A stretch of 64,000 nucleotides of DNA, from assembly GCA_002269645.1 (NCBI GenBank), contig NIVC01000583.1:1-64000 (forward strand), given 5' to 3'. The stretch is from Macrostomum lignano. Taxonomy: Eukaryota. Of the stretch, positions 1 through 14,900 are shown piece by piece; the first letter of the stretch is position 1; each line of letters starts with the position of its first letter. The notes under the pieces were generated by a model. It saw only the letters and a program-made list of their open reading frames with translations. It searched no databases and was not told where the DNA came from. Both the position numbers and the translations under genes were made by a program.

Positions 1-2998
<2,998 letters not shown>

Positions 2999-3231
2999 TT
3001 TGAAGGTTCAAGCTCGCGGATTCTTGGTGTCATTCTTGCTGTGAAGAATTTGTCTGAGAGGACTTTGTAGGAGAATTTTCCCAAAATGCCTCGGCCAATC
3101 AGCTCCGTTGCTATGAGCTAACTGGCACATTGCAACAAAGTGTAACAAGAGATTTCATTGGCAGATCGATTCGGAATACTGCGCTGTCTCAGAACAAGGC
3201 ATCTGTCTGAACAGGTGGCATAACAACAACA

Positions 3232-4370
3232 AGTTGGTGTGTCTGACAGGTAGGTTTGTGTGTGTCTGACAGGTAGGTTTGTGTGTGTCTGACAGGTAGG
3301 TTTGTGTGTGTCTGACAGGTAGGTTTGTGTGTGTCTGACAGGTAGGTTTGTGTGTGTCTGACAGGTAGGTTTGTGTGTGTGTGACAGGTAGGTTTGTGTG
3401 TGTCTGACAGGTAGGTTTGTGAGTCTGACAGGTAGGTTTGTGTGTGTCTGACAGGTAGGTTTGTGTGTGTCTGACAGGTAGGTTTGTGTGTGTCTGACAG
3501 GTAGGTTTGTGCGTGTCTGACAGGTAGGTTTATGAGTCTGACAGGTAGGTTTGTGTGTGTCTGACAGGTAGGTTTGTGTGTGTCTGACAGGTAGGTTTGT
3601 GTGAGTCTGACAGGTAGGTTTGTGTGTGTCTGACAGGTAGGTTTGTGAGTCTGACAGGTAGGTTTGTGTGTGTGTGACAGGTAGGTTTGTGTGTGTCTGA
3701 CAGGTAGGTTTGTGTGTGTCTGACAGGTAGGTTTGTGTGTGTCTGACAGGTAGGTTTGTGTGTGTCTGACAGGTAGGTTTGTGTGTGTGTGACAGGTAGG
3801 TTTGTGTGTGTCTGACAGGTAGGTTTGTGAGTCTGACAGGTAGGTTTGTGTGTGTCTGACAGGTAGGTTTGTGTGTGTCTGACAGGTAGGTTTGTGTGTG
3901 TCTGACAGGTAGGTTTGTGCGTGTCTGACAGGTAGGTTTATGAGTCTGACAGGTAGGTTTGTGTGTGTCTGACAGGTAGGTTTGTGTGTGTGTGACAGGT
4001 AGGTTTGTGCGTGTGTGTGACAGGTAGGTTTGTGTGTGTGACAGGTAGGTTTGTGCGTGTGTGTGACAGGTACATGTAGGTTTGTGTGTGTGTGACAGGT
4101 AGGTTTGTGTGTCTGTGTGACAGGTAGGTTTGTGTGTGTGTGACAGGTAGGTTTGTGCGTGTGTGTGACAGGTAGGTTTGTGTGTGTGACAGGTAGGTTT
4201 GTGCGTGTGTGTGACAGGTACATGTAGGTTTGTGTGTGTGTGACAGGTAGGTTTGTGTGTCTGTGTGACAGGTAGGTTTGTGTGTGTGTGACAGGTAGGT
4301 TTGTGCGTGTGTGTGACAGGTAGGTTTGTGTGTGTCTGACAGGTAGGTTTGTGTGTGTGACAGTTAGGTT
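3232..4370 (+). repeat. Minisatellite, ~22-bp unit TGTGTGTCTGACAGGTAGGTTT
   Basis: Tandem copies with a variable (GT)n part. Confidence 0.95.
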
Positions 4371-4814
4371 TGCATTTTGTAGACTTCAATCTTTAATTGC
4401 ATTTAATATTGCTTTACAATAATTTAATTAATATAAATAACAATTATATTGATTGACACCTCGAATGAACGAGTTTATTAAATCATAAAGCGAAAAAACC
4501 CTGAATTCTATATGATTAGTGCAAGGCAATCACTCATTTTTTAAGTCCAGCGCTTTCTCTTGCATCAAGAATTAATTGCAGTTTGTAATTAACAATAATT
4601 GCATCGTCAATTTAGATAAATTGCCAATAATCAGATTGCCAAAAAAGAGACCAGACGTAGCCAAAGTTGTTTTAATTTATCGCAAAACTCTTTACTTTCT
4701 ACTTGCAACAGTAGAAATAAATATGTAATGCATTTTATTAACTTAATTTGGAGCGAAATTGCCAAGTATTAAGTATGTAAAGGTGCGTGTTAATTGCTAC
4801 TTGGGGGGGGGTCC

Positions 4815-5573
4815 TCAGACTCCGGCCAAATCGAGATCGGCTGCCCCATCGCCGAACTGCCACATCCCCTCTCCCTCCAAGTCGAGGCCCTCCTCCTCGT
4901 CTTCCAGCATCCACTGCTGCATCTCTACATCGCTCATTTCGCCCAGCCCAGCCTCCTCCATCTCGGCGTCGCTCTCCTCGCTCAGCGTCAGCAGGCTGTC
5001 GCGAGCTTTCGCCTCGGCCGCGTACTTGTCTAGCAGATCTCTGTTGACAATCTTGAAGCCCAGCGGGTTGATCAGCTCGCTCAGCCGGGTGAACACCTCG
5101 TAATTGTCCGGGTGGAAGAACTCATCCGGCTCCGGGCTGGAGATGCACAGCAGGTCGCAGCAGTAGACGTACATGCAGTAGGACGGGTGCAGCGACGCTT
5201 CTACGGGCATCCGGAAGACTTCGCGCCAGAACGGGCCGAGCAGAATCCGGTGCAGGTCGGTGAGCAGCAGGAACTTCTGGTGCAGCAGGGAGATCAGCTT
5301 CATGCCGTAGTGGATCAGCGGCACAGTGAGGGGCAGCAGGAAGCCGATCAGGATGGAGTTCGCGTCAATGAAACTGAAGATCTTCAGGGTTAGTCGGGAC
5401 TGGCCCACCTGGTCCAGGGCCTGCTTCACGTCCATTGACCGGCCCAGCAGGTCGAACTTGCCATGCAGATTGGCCGCCTGCAGGGGGTCCACGATGAGGG
5501 GCAGCTCGGCTCGCTCGTCTGTGTTGATGCAGAAGGAGACTGTGCCCTGGCCTGAGCCCACGTAGCAGGACAT
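4815..5573 (-). CDS. Hypothetical 252-aa protein with acidic C-terminal tail, no internal intron
   Basis: Uninterrupted ORF with C/G-ending codon bias like the other host genes here. An AG acceptor (cccag|ctgagcaatg) lies 7 nt upstream of the ATG. No family recognised. Confidence 0.7.
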   Translation of the reverse strand: MSCYVGSGQGTVSFCINTDERAELPLIVDPLQAANLHGKFDLLGRSMDVKQALDQVGQSRLTLKIFSFIDANSILIGFLLPLTVPLIHYGMKLISLLHQKFLLLTDLHRILLGPFWREVFRMPVEASLHPSYCMYVYCCDLLCISSPEPDEFFHPDNYEVFTRLSELINPLGFKIVNRDLLDKYAAEAKARDSLLTLSEESDAEMEEAGLGEMSDVEMQQWMLEDEEEGLDLEGEGMWQFGDGAADLDLAGV

Positions 5574-5606
5574 TGCTCAGCTGGGGTCTGCTGACTGTCT
5601 GCTGAC

Positions 5607-5803
5607 CTGTCAGATTAGTGACTGCTGACTGTGTCAGATTAGTGACTGCTGACTGTGTCAGATTAGTGACTGCTGACTGTGTCAGATTAGTGACTGCTGA
5701 CTGTGTCAGATTAGTGACTGCTGACTATGTCAAATTAGTGACTGATGGCTGTGTCAGATTAGTGACTGCTGACTGTGTCAGATTAGTGACTGATGGCTGT
5801 GTG
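5607..5803 (+). repeat. Minisatellite, 24-bp unit GTCAGATTAGTGACTGCTGACTGT
   Basis: About 8 tandem copies. Confidence 0.93.
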
Positions 5804-6072
5804 ATGAACGTCTGTTGGCTGTCCAATGCGTGCTGTTTTGGACAAAGTCAGGCCAAATCAGTTGTTAGTGTGAAATTGCATATATTTCTTTCCCATTATT
5901 GCAAATTAAAATCCTGACTATGAAATCCTCTTACCACAGACATTAAAACTGACTTTGGAATTCATCCAGGTTGTTTCACTGCTTCCTTAATATATTTCAC
6001 TAATGGCACCTTATAATTATATTTTTATTGCTTGCTGAGAACAAGTCATTCCAAGAACCGCGATTTGATTGC

Positions 6073-6428
6073 CCCACCTGGAGAACCGGCCACCTGGAGA
6101 ACCGGTCACCTGGAGAACCGGCCACCTGGAGAACCGGCCACCTGAAGAACCGGCCACCTGGAGAATCGCCCACCTGAAGAATCGCCCACCTGAAGAATCG
6201 CCCACCTGGAGAATCGCCCACCTGGAGAACCGGTCACCTGGAGAATCGCCCACCTGAAGAATCGCCCATCTGGAGAATCGCCCACCTGGAGAACCGGTCA
6301 CCTGGAGAACCGGCCACCTGGAGAACCGGCCACCTGGAGAATCGCCCACCTGGAGAACCGGTCATCTGGAGAACCGGCCACCTGGAGAACCGGCCACCTG
6401 GAGAATCGCCCACCTGGAGAACCGGCCA
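6073..6428 (+). repeat. Minisatellite, 16-bp unit CACCTGGAGAA(CCGGC/TCGCC)
   Basis: Tandem copies of two interspersed variants. Confidence 0.93.
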
Positions 6429-7304
6429 TAACCCTTCTTACCTTCCAGCTCATTCCTCGCCGCTCTCATCAATCAATGTCGCCCAGTGCTCCACAATTTG
6501 CCTCTAAAAGCAGCAATGAGCCGCAGCCAGAAATCTCCACTGCAAAAGCAAACAGTCCTCAGTGATTGAGCAGCAGATCTGCTGAAAGAAACTGTAGCTG
6601 TGTTGATTTTAAGTCTCCCGGCCTCAGACTGAAGTATTTGCCCGGGAAATGCTCTCCTAGAAGAAGTCTTGGCAGAGGGCGGGGCTGGCGGCAGTGGAGG
6701 CCGCTGGATTTGCTCAGTGCATCCGTAATGCGCTGCCCTCCCCTGATGAGGCCGCTCCATCTCTCAGGCTCTGTTTTGCAACTCATGACAGTTTCTTTAA
6801 ATGCAGTTATGGGGGCTCAGTTTCCGGCACGCGAAGTGTTTGCCGACCTGAGCTGACTGAGTCCGGCTGGTGGCCTGCCAAGCCCTCAGTGCCGTCTCCA
6901 GTTCTTGTCTCATAGAAGAGGAAATTTATCCCCAATTCCGTGGCGTCGCCTTTGCTCCACAGCTGCTTTTGTTTGTCTGCGCAGTCCTCAAAGCCGTGTG
7001 AGATCCCATTGGCTCAGGCCTCCCCCCAGCGAATTTCCCCAATCCCGTTCAGTTTTCCCCAAAAATCCTCTGCAAGCGAGCAGCCGCCGCAATTCCCACA
7101 ATCAATCTCTGGCTAGGGGATTTTGTCCCACTTTAAATTCTGAGAGGATAAATTTCCCAACTCAAAGCCGCGACAGCCGCCGACTTTGCAATCCGCGACA
7201 GGACCGACCGGACACCCGACTTGAGCAGCGGTGAGTCTCGGCTGCAGCGGCCGCTGGCGGGACTTTGAAGGTCCGGCAGACTGTCGACTCTGCTGCTTGT
7301 GGAA

Positions 7305-7850
7305 GCTCTCCATCCAGTCTCTCACTCTCCATCCAATCTCTCACTCTTCATCCAGTCTCTCACTCTCCATCCAGCCTCTCACTCTTCATCCAGTCTCTCA
7401 CTCTCCATCCAGCCTCTCACTCTTCATCCAGTCTCTCACTCTCCATCCAGCCTCTCACTCTTCATCCAGTCTCTCACTCTCCATCCAGCCTCTCACTCTT
7501 CATCCAGTCTCTCACTCTCCATCCAGCCTCTCACTCTTCATCCAGTCTCTCACTCTCCATCCAGCCTCTCACTCTCCATCCAGCCTCTCACTCTCCATCC
7601 AGCCTCTCACTCTCCATCCAGCCTCTCACTCTCCATCCAGTCTCTCACTCTCCATCCAGTCTCTCACTCTCCATCCAGTCTCTCACTCTCCATCCAGCCT
7701 CTTACTCTCCATCCAGCCTCTCACTCTCCATCCAGCCTCTCACTCTCCATCCAGCCTCTCACTCTCCATCCAGCCTCTCACTCTCCATCCAGTCTCTCAC
7801 TCTCCATCCAGCCTCTCACTCTCCATCCAGCTTCTCACTCTACATCAAGC
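7305..7850 (+). repeat. Minisatellite, 19-bp unit CTCCATCCAG(C/T)CTCTCACT
   Basis: Tandem copies seen directly. Confidence 0.93.
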
Positions 7851-8469
7851 CTCTCCTCACTCTCCCCATCTCCCTCCCTCTCACACGGCTTCATGTCGAT
7901 CCTCTCACATTTTTCCCATCATCTCCGGTCCCATCTCTCCACCTTGCCCTTCATCGGCACTCCAGTTCCGCATTTCCTCCCACCAGTCTCGCAGAACCCG
8001 CACAGCAAAGTGCGGGCAGTGCGAGTTGAAATTCCATTCCCAACTTATCCGCAGAACCGCAGACCTTGAGCCTTGAGAACCGCACTGCTTCTTCTGCCCA
8101 CTACAAGAGGTTTAGCAAAAAAATCTGTCAGCTCTCTCAGACACCAGAGTTGCCTTTTTTGGCCACGGAAAATCTTGTTTCTTCGGTTGAGTTGAATGGC
8201 AGAGTGAGCAGCACTTGGCCCGCCGCCCTGGAAGCGGATTTTTTATTTAATTTTTTGCCATACGATTAGCCGAACACCTGCAGCCAGTCAAACATTGGCT
8301 GCCGGTCTGCCCGCTAGACTTCTTTGAGGCCATCGTGACTGGCGGGTTCAGGAGGGTTCGAACTGCGGCTGCTGGACCTTTCTGAGAACTCTTGATCTTC
8401 TGGCATTGATAACTTTATCCCTTACAGTTTGATCCCTTAAGGCTTGAGCACAGCAGTCAGCAGAGTCAG

Positions 8470-8915
8470 TGATTCTCCCCCTGACCCTCAGCAGTCAGTG
8501 ACTCTCTCCCCTGACCTTCAGCAGTCAGTGACTCTCTCTCCTGACCCTCAGCAGTCAGTGACTCTCTCCCCTGACCCTCAGCAGTCAGTGACTCTCTTCC
8601 CTGACCCTCAGCAGTCAGTGACTCTCTCCCCTGTCCCTCAGCAGTCAGTGACTCTCTCCCCTGACCTTCAGCAGTCAGTGACTCTCTCCCCTGACCCTCA
8701 GCAGTCAGTGACTCTCTCCCCTGTCCCTCAGCAGTCAGTGACTCTCTCCCCTGACCCTCAGCAGTCAGTGACTCTCTCCCCTGACCCCCAGCAGTCAGTG
8801 ACTCTCTCCCCTTACCCTCAGCAGTCAGTGACTCTCTCTCCTGACCCTCAGCAGTCAGTGACTCTCTCTCCTGACCCTCAGCAGTCAGTGACTCTCCCCT
8901 GACCCTCAGCAGTCA
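8470..8915 (+). repeat. Minisatellite, 30-bp unit CTGACCCTCAGCAGTCAGTGACTCTCTCCC
   Basis: Tandem copies ending just before the EF-hand gene ATG. Confidence 0.93.
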
Positions 8916-8918
8916 GCA

Positions 8919-9526
8919 ATGAGTTCCGCCATCAGCCCCAGCCCGTCAGCCGTGGAAGCCACGAAGCCAAAGCCGCGCCGTCCCGCCGACTACCCGCCGA
9001 ACGGCTTCGGCGACTTCTGGCAGCGGAAGCTGCGCACGAGTTTCCGCCGGATGAACCGCAGCGGCTCCGGGCTGCTGACCCGCGACGACTTCCGCGCCAT
9101 CGGCGACGAGATGGTCCGCCTGGGCGGCCTGTCGGGCCAGCGCGCCGAGGACGTCAGGGGGGTGATGCTGAGGATCTGGGATGACTACTACAGGCCGAGG
9201 GAGGGCGGCTCCGGCATCAGCGCCGACCAGTACGTGGCGCAGAAGTGCCGGATGGTCAACGGCCCGCTGCGCGATGACGTCACCCGCTACGGCCAGGAGC
9301 TGTTCAAGGCGATGGACCACAACGGCGACGAGAGGATCTCGCGCGAGGAGTACCGGATCTTCACCGAGGCCTGGGCATCGGCGACCGCGCCAGGGACGAG
9401 ATGTTCGAGCTGATGCAGCGCGATGGAGCCGTGGCGAAGGAGGACTTCTTGAGCGCCCTGGCCGACTTCTACATCAGCGAGGATGAGAGCTCGCCGTACT
9501 CCAGGCTGTTTGGCGACCTGTGCTGA
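8919..9526 (+). CDS. Sarcoplasmic calcium-binding protein (SCP/calexcitin-like EF-hand protein), with an apparent 1-nt frameshift at 9373-9375
   Basis: N-terminal FW.RKLRT.F..MN plus EF-loop motif, and EF-hand MDHNGDERISREEY. Adding one G to TGGG gives WGIGDRARDEMFELMQRDGAVAKEDFLSALADFYISEDESSPYSRLFGDLC*, which matches the SCP-type C-terminus (DF..S.D...P...LFG.L). Confidence 0.85.
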
Positions 9527-9895
9527 CCTCGGTGACCTTGGGTGACTTCTAGTGACCTCGGTTGACCTTGGGTGACTTTGGGTGGCCTTACGTGCTGACC
9601 TTCGACTGACCTTGCAGTGACCTTTGGCGACCTCTACTGACCTGGGTGGAGCTTGGCTCACCTTGAGTGACCTCTACTGACCTCGGTTGAGCTTGGGTGA
9701 CCTCTGTTGACCCAATTGGTGACCTTGGGTGACTTCTATTGACCTCGGTTGACCTTGGGTGACTTTGGGTGGCCTTACGTGCTGACCTTCGACTGACCTT
9801 GCAGTGACGTTTGGCGACCTCTACTGACCTGGGTTGAGCTTGGGTGACCTCTGTTGACCCAATTGGTGACCTTGGAGTGACTTCGGGTGACCTGT
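9527..9895 (+). repeat. Degenerate GACCTTGGGTGAC-rich tandem repeat with an internal block duplication
   Basis: Seen directly, 3' of the SCP stop codon. Confidence 0.8.
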
Positions 9896-11998
9896 CCTGT
9901 TTTAACCCGGAATTACGAGTACTGTATAGACTGGAAAAGTTAATTATGTTAACAAAAGCTATTGGGACAATTTAATTACATAATAAACAATCGGCATCTA
10001 CTTTTGCAAAATATATTAAATGTTCGTCACTTTGCTGAATCACAGTGCGAGCATATGCTGCCGTTAGTTTTAAAAAAGCAACGCCTTTCTCGATGGTTCA
10101 ATGGTAATTGGCCAGAAATTTCTTCTCAAAAGACTGCTTAAAAGTCAGTAAGCAGGAATATCAAACAATAGTTATCATTCTTTGCTCACGACAAACATTC
10201 AAGTTTAACAGGAGGCTTTGCTAGAACTTGTATGTACATGTACGAGTACAAGCTTGCTCACACGAAGCACCGGCTGGGTAATCTTTATCTTTAGAGCAGA
10301 TTTAATACGGCCCGTGAAAGATCTACGGTCTCTTCAATTTCATGCAGAAAGCACGACTGTTTAATGTAGTCTATGGTCTTTACCCGACGGTCCAGACCAA
10401 AGATCATATACGAGTATACACAAGATGGGCCACCATAGAAGCTAATGTGAAAATTTTTGCAACTCGCGACAGCGCGAAAATCAACTACTGAACTCAATTT
10501 CGTCACTAGTCTCTGCAGTGCATGCATTATGCTTAGTTTATTTAGTACCTTTTTTATAACTCTTTATATAAGAATTTATATAAGAATAGAAGACCTATCT
10601 ATGGTCGAGACTGAAGAACTGACTTGTTCCTTAGTGCGAAGAAGAAATGCTTGAAATGAAAAGGTTCAAACAATTAAAGTAACGGAAAACGTGAGTCGAG
10701 AAATATAATAGCCCTCGTTGACTACGAAACTATATGTAGCGCATGGCTCTCATCAATTAGAGTAATCTACCTGTTGATTCTCTGAACGGGCTGACAAGTA
10801 ATGATCAGCTATCGCCCTGGACCGAGTGCTACCATGACTCGTACTAGCCGTAAACCTTTGTTGACTGCTATATTACGTCATCCTCGAAAATATTGTTTTG
10901 TTAACAATTCAACGTTTGTATGTTCTCTTCTCAATAAACGTGTCTATAGCTCTTAGGCTGACTAAGACTGAAATAATGGCCCAATGCGTGTGACAAAAAA
11001 TTATCGCTGTGCCTTATGTACAATATGACGCATGTTTTTTCGCAACCAACTAGTAACTGGCGGCCTCGACTTTCGTCATGCCAAGGAGAATTAAAGTATA
11101 GAAGGTCGGGAAACTCGGTTTCTAAGAAAAACTTTGATTGTATAATTAACTGTTTAACTTCCGAATGAATTTGCGATCCTGCTACAAACAATTGTATTTT
11201 TGATTTATTGACTTGCTTATTTAGGATGACAATCGATAAATATAAATTTAAAAGTTGCAGTCTTGAGAAAACAGGCTTATACGCAACACAATGGAAGCCA
11301 AAAAAAGTTTATGCTTAATTCTATACAAAATATCAGGTGAAAATTTCCTGCATAAATTAAATTAGGTGGCAGTAAATCAAATACAAAAAGGCTGACAGAT
11401 ATTGGAGCAAGCAGTGGTAAAAGAGATTTTAAAAACATAACTACTGCTAGTAGTAGTAAAATGATATTCTAAAAATATGTGAATGAGAAAAACTATTTAT
11501 GGTCAGATATTTCAATGCGATTCTGATCAATTTAAATAAATTATATTTTTTTCCTTTTAGTAATACATGTAGGTGCAAAAGAGAAAAGTAAAGCTAAAAC
11601 TATTGGCTGTCGAATGAGTACTGAAAATACTATTTAAACAATTAGTGGGAAGATCTGTAAATAAAAAATTGAGACTTTTTGGACATGCCAATTTTTTTTC
11701 AAAAGAAACTTTGATTGTACAAAAAACGATTGAAAGTTTTTTTGTCACGCTACTGATAAACAAAAATTGTTGTAAATCTGTACTAAATCATAACAAAAAC
11801 ATGTAGCACAAAATTCAGTCAGTGCGAAAAAAAATTCCGTTAATATTGCACAATATTTGATAATAAAAATAAGTTTATAGTTGTAGCACGTTTTATAATC
11901 CGTTAGCTACTGACAGTAGTAGAAGTGAGGTGCCTGGAGTGAGATTCTATTTTTTGATCAGTCCGATTAGCGAGTTTTACGCGATTTCTGTTATTTAT

Positions 11999-14900
11999 TT
12001 AATCGATTGAGATTGAGCATTCGGTCATTGTGCGCCGCTTAAAATCGGCAACAATCTTCATCGCCTGGAACCGGAGTGCAGAGCAGATTACTGATATTGC
12101 AGTTATTCTTTTATTTGCAGACGATTTTTCCAGGATAGTTAATTAATTGGGGCGATTTTTCTAGGATAATAAATACGAGCATAGGAGCGATTTTTCTAGG
12201 ATTGTAAATAGGGGCAATTTTCCAGGATAGTAAATAGGGGCGACTTTCTAGCGTAGTAAATAGGGGCGATTTTTCTAGGATAGTAAATAGGGGCGATTTT
12301 TCTAGGATTGTAAATAGGGGCGATTTTCTAGGATTGTAAATAGGGGCGATTTTCTAGGATTGTAAATAGGGGCGACTTTCTAGCGTAGTAAATAGGGGCG
12401 ATTTTCCAGGATAGTAAATAGGGGCGATTTTCCAGGATAGTAAATAGGGGCGATTTTTCTAGGATAGTAAATAGGGGCAATTTTTCTAGGATTGTAAATA
12501 GGGGCGATTTTCTAGGATAGTAAATAGGGGCGATTTTCTAGCGTAGTAAATAGGGGCGATTTTCCAGGATAGTAAATAGGGTTGATTTTTCCAGGATAGT
12601 AAATAGGGGCGATTTTTCTAGGATTGTAAATAGGGGCGATTTTCTAGGATTGTAAATAGGGGCGATTTTTCTAGGATTGTAAATAGGGGCGATTTTCTAG
12701 GATAGTAAATAGGGGCGATTTTCTAGCGTAGTAAATAGGGGCGATTTTTCTAGGATTGTAAATAGGGGCGATTTTTATAGGATTGTAAATAGGGGCGATT
12801 TTCTAGGATTGTAAATAGGGGCGATTTTTCTAGGATTGTAAATAGGGGCGATTTTCTAGGATAGTAAATAGGGGCGATTTTTCTAGGATTGTAAATAGGG
12901 TTGATTTTTCCAGGATTGTAAATAGGGGCGATTTTTCTAGGATTGTAAATAGGGGCGATTTTTCTAGGATTGTAAATAGGGGCGATTTTTCTAGGATAGT
13001 AAATAGGGGCGATTTTTCTAGGATTGTAAATAGGGTTGATTTTTCCAGGATTGTAAATAGGGGCGATTTTTCTAGGATTGTAAATAGGGTTGATTTTTCC
13101 AGGATTGTAAATAGGGGCGATTTTTCTAGGATTGTAAATAGGGGCGATTTTTCTAGGATTGTAAATAGGGGCGATTTTTCTAGGATAGTAAATAGGGGCG
13201 ATTTTTCTAGGATAGTAAATAGGGGCGATTTTTCTAGGATAGTAAATAGGGGCGATTTTTCTAGGATAGTAAATAGGGGCGATTTTTCTAGGATAGTAAA
13301 TAGGGGCGATTTTTCTAGGATAGTAAATAGGGGCGATTTTTCTAGGATAGTAAATAGGGGCGATTTTTCTAGGATAGTAAATAGGGGCGATTTTTCTAGG
13401 ATAGTAAATAGGGGCGATTTTTCTAGGATTGTAAATAGGGGCGATTTTCTATGATAAAAATAGGGCCGATTTTCTATAATACAATAGTAAATAGGGGTGC
13501 ATGATTTTTCCAGGATTGTCAATAGGGGTGATTTTTCTTGGATAGTAAATAGCAGCAATTGTTCCAAAATGTTAAAATATATCTGATATTGATTCTCTTT
13601 TTAAAAACTGGAGACTTTTCATGGAGATTTCTGAATCCCAAAAAACAGAGACAGCCAAGCCTCAGCCTCACCGTCTGCAGAGCCGACACCCAGGCCAGCG
13701 TGGTGCGCTGCGTCTCCGGACGTCGGCTGGACAGCTCGGCTCTCACCGACTCGCCCGAGGAGTTGCGCCAGCAGATGCGGATGCCGCAAGGCAGACTGCT
13801 GGCTGCGGGTCGGTGGGGGGCTTGCGATTGATGAAGCTGACTCTGTGCGATTGATGAAGCTGACTCTGTGCGATTGATGAAGCTGACTCTGTGCGATTGA
13901 TGAAGCTGACTCTGTGCGATTGATGAAGCTGACTCTGTGCGATTGATGAAGCTGACTCTGTGCGATTGATGAAGCTGACTCTGTGCGATTGATGAAGCTG
14001 ACTCTGTGCGATTGATGGGGCTGACTCTGTGCGATTGATGGGGCTGACTCTGTGCGATTGATGAAGCTGACTCTGTGCGATTGATGGGGCTGACTCTGTG
14101 CGATTGATGGGGCTGACTCTGTGCGATTGATGAAGCTGACTCTGTGCGATTGATGGGCTGACTCTGTGCGATTGATGAAGCTGACTCTGTGCGATTGATG
14201 AGGCTGACTCTGTGCGATTGATGGGGCTGCCTCTGTGCGATTGATGGGGCTGAATCTGTGCGATTGATGGGGCTGACTCTGTGCGAGTGATGGGGCTGAC
14301 TCTGTGCGATTGATGAAGCTGACTCTGTGCGATTGATGGGGCTGACTCTGTGCGATTGATGGGCTGACTCTGTGCGATTGATGAAGCTGACTCTGTGCGA
14401 TTGATGAGGCTGACTCTGTGCGATTGATGGGGCTGCCTCTGTGCGATTGATGGGGCTGAATCTGTGCGATTGATGGGGCTGACTCTGTGCGAGTGATGGG
14501 GCTGACTCTGTGCGATTGATGAAGCTGACTCTGTGCGATTGATGGGGCTGACTCTGTGCGATTGATGGGCTGACTCTGTGCGATTGATGAAGCTGACTCT
14601 GCGATTGATGGGGCTGACTCTGTGCGATTGATGAAGCTGACTCTGTGCGATTGATGAGGCTGACTCTGTGCGAGTGATGGGGCTGACTCTGTGCGATTGA
14701 TGGGGCTGACTCTAGACGATTTCATATGACTTTTTCAGCGTCAAGGTCTTCAAAGAGATATGTCAGCAAAGCCAAGCATCAAACAGAATCCAGTTTATAG
14801 TCTATCATACGAAATATAAAGGAAATGAAAGCAGGGCATAGGCTTCTTTTTGCAGTGAAGACAAGCAAGTTACAAAACAAAGGGAAGCAAACTGCACATA

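Noticed and set aside
6430-7300. GC-balanced stretch with several short ORFs and a donor-like GAAG|GTAAGA on the minus strand
   Set aside because: No frame stays open in a consistent way and no motif was recognised; left unannotated.
12125-14712. Regularly spaced repeats resembling CRISPR arrays
   Set aside because: Units are head-to-tail with no unique spacers, there are no cas genes, and the context is a eukaryotic intron.
3118-14725. Repeat-peptide ORFs (3118..4389, 7231..8076, 8444..8902, 12830..13567, 13619..14725; similarly 43344..43917 and 51539..52991)
   Set aside because: Each coincides with a tandem minisatellite, usually open in several frames, and several are inside verified introns.
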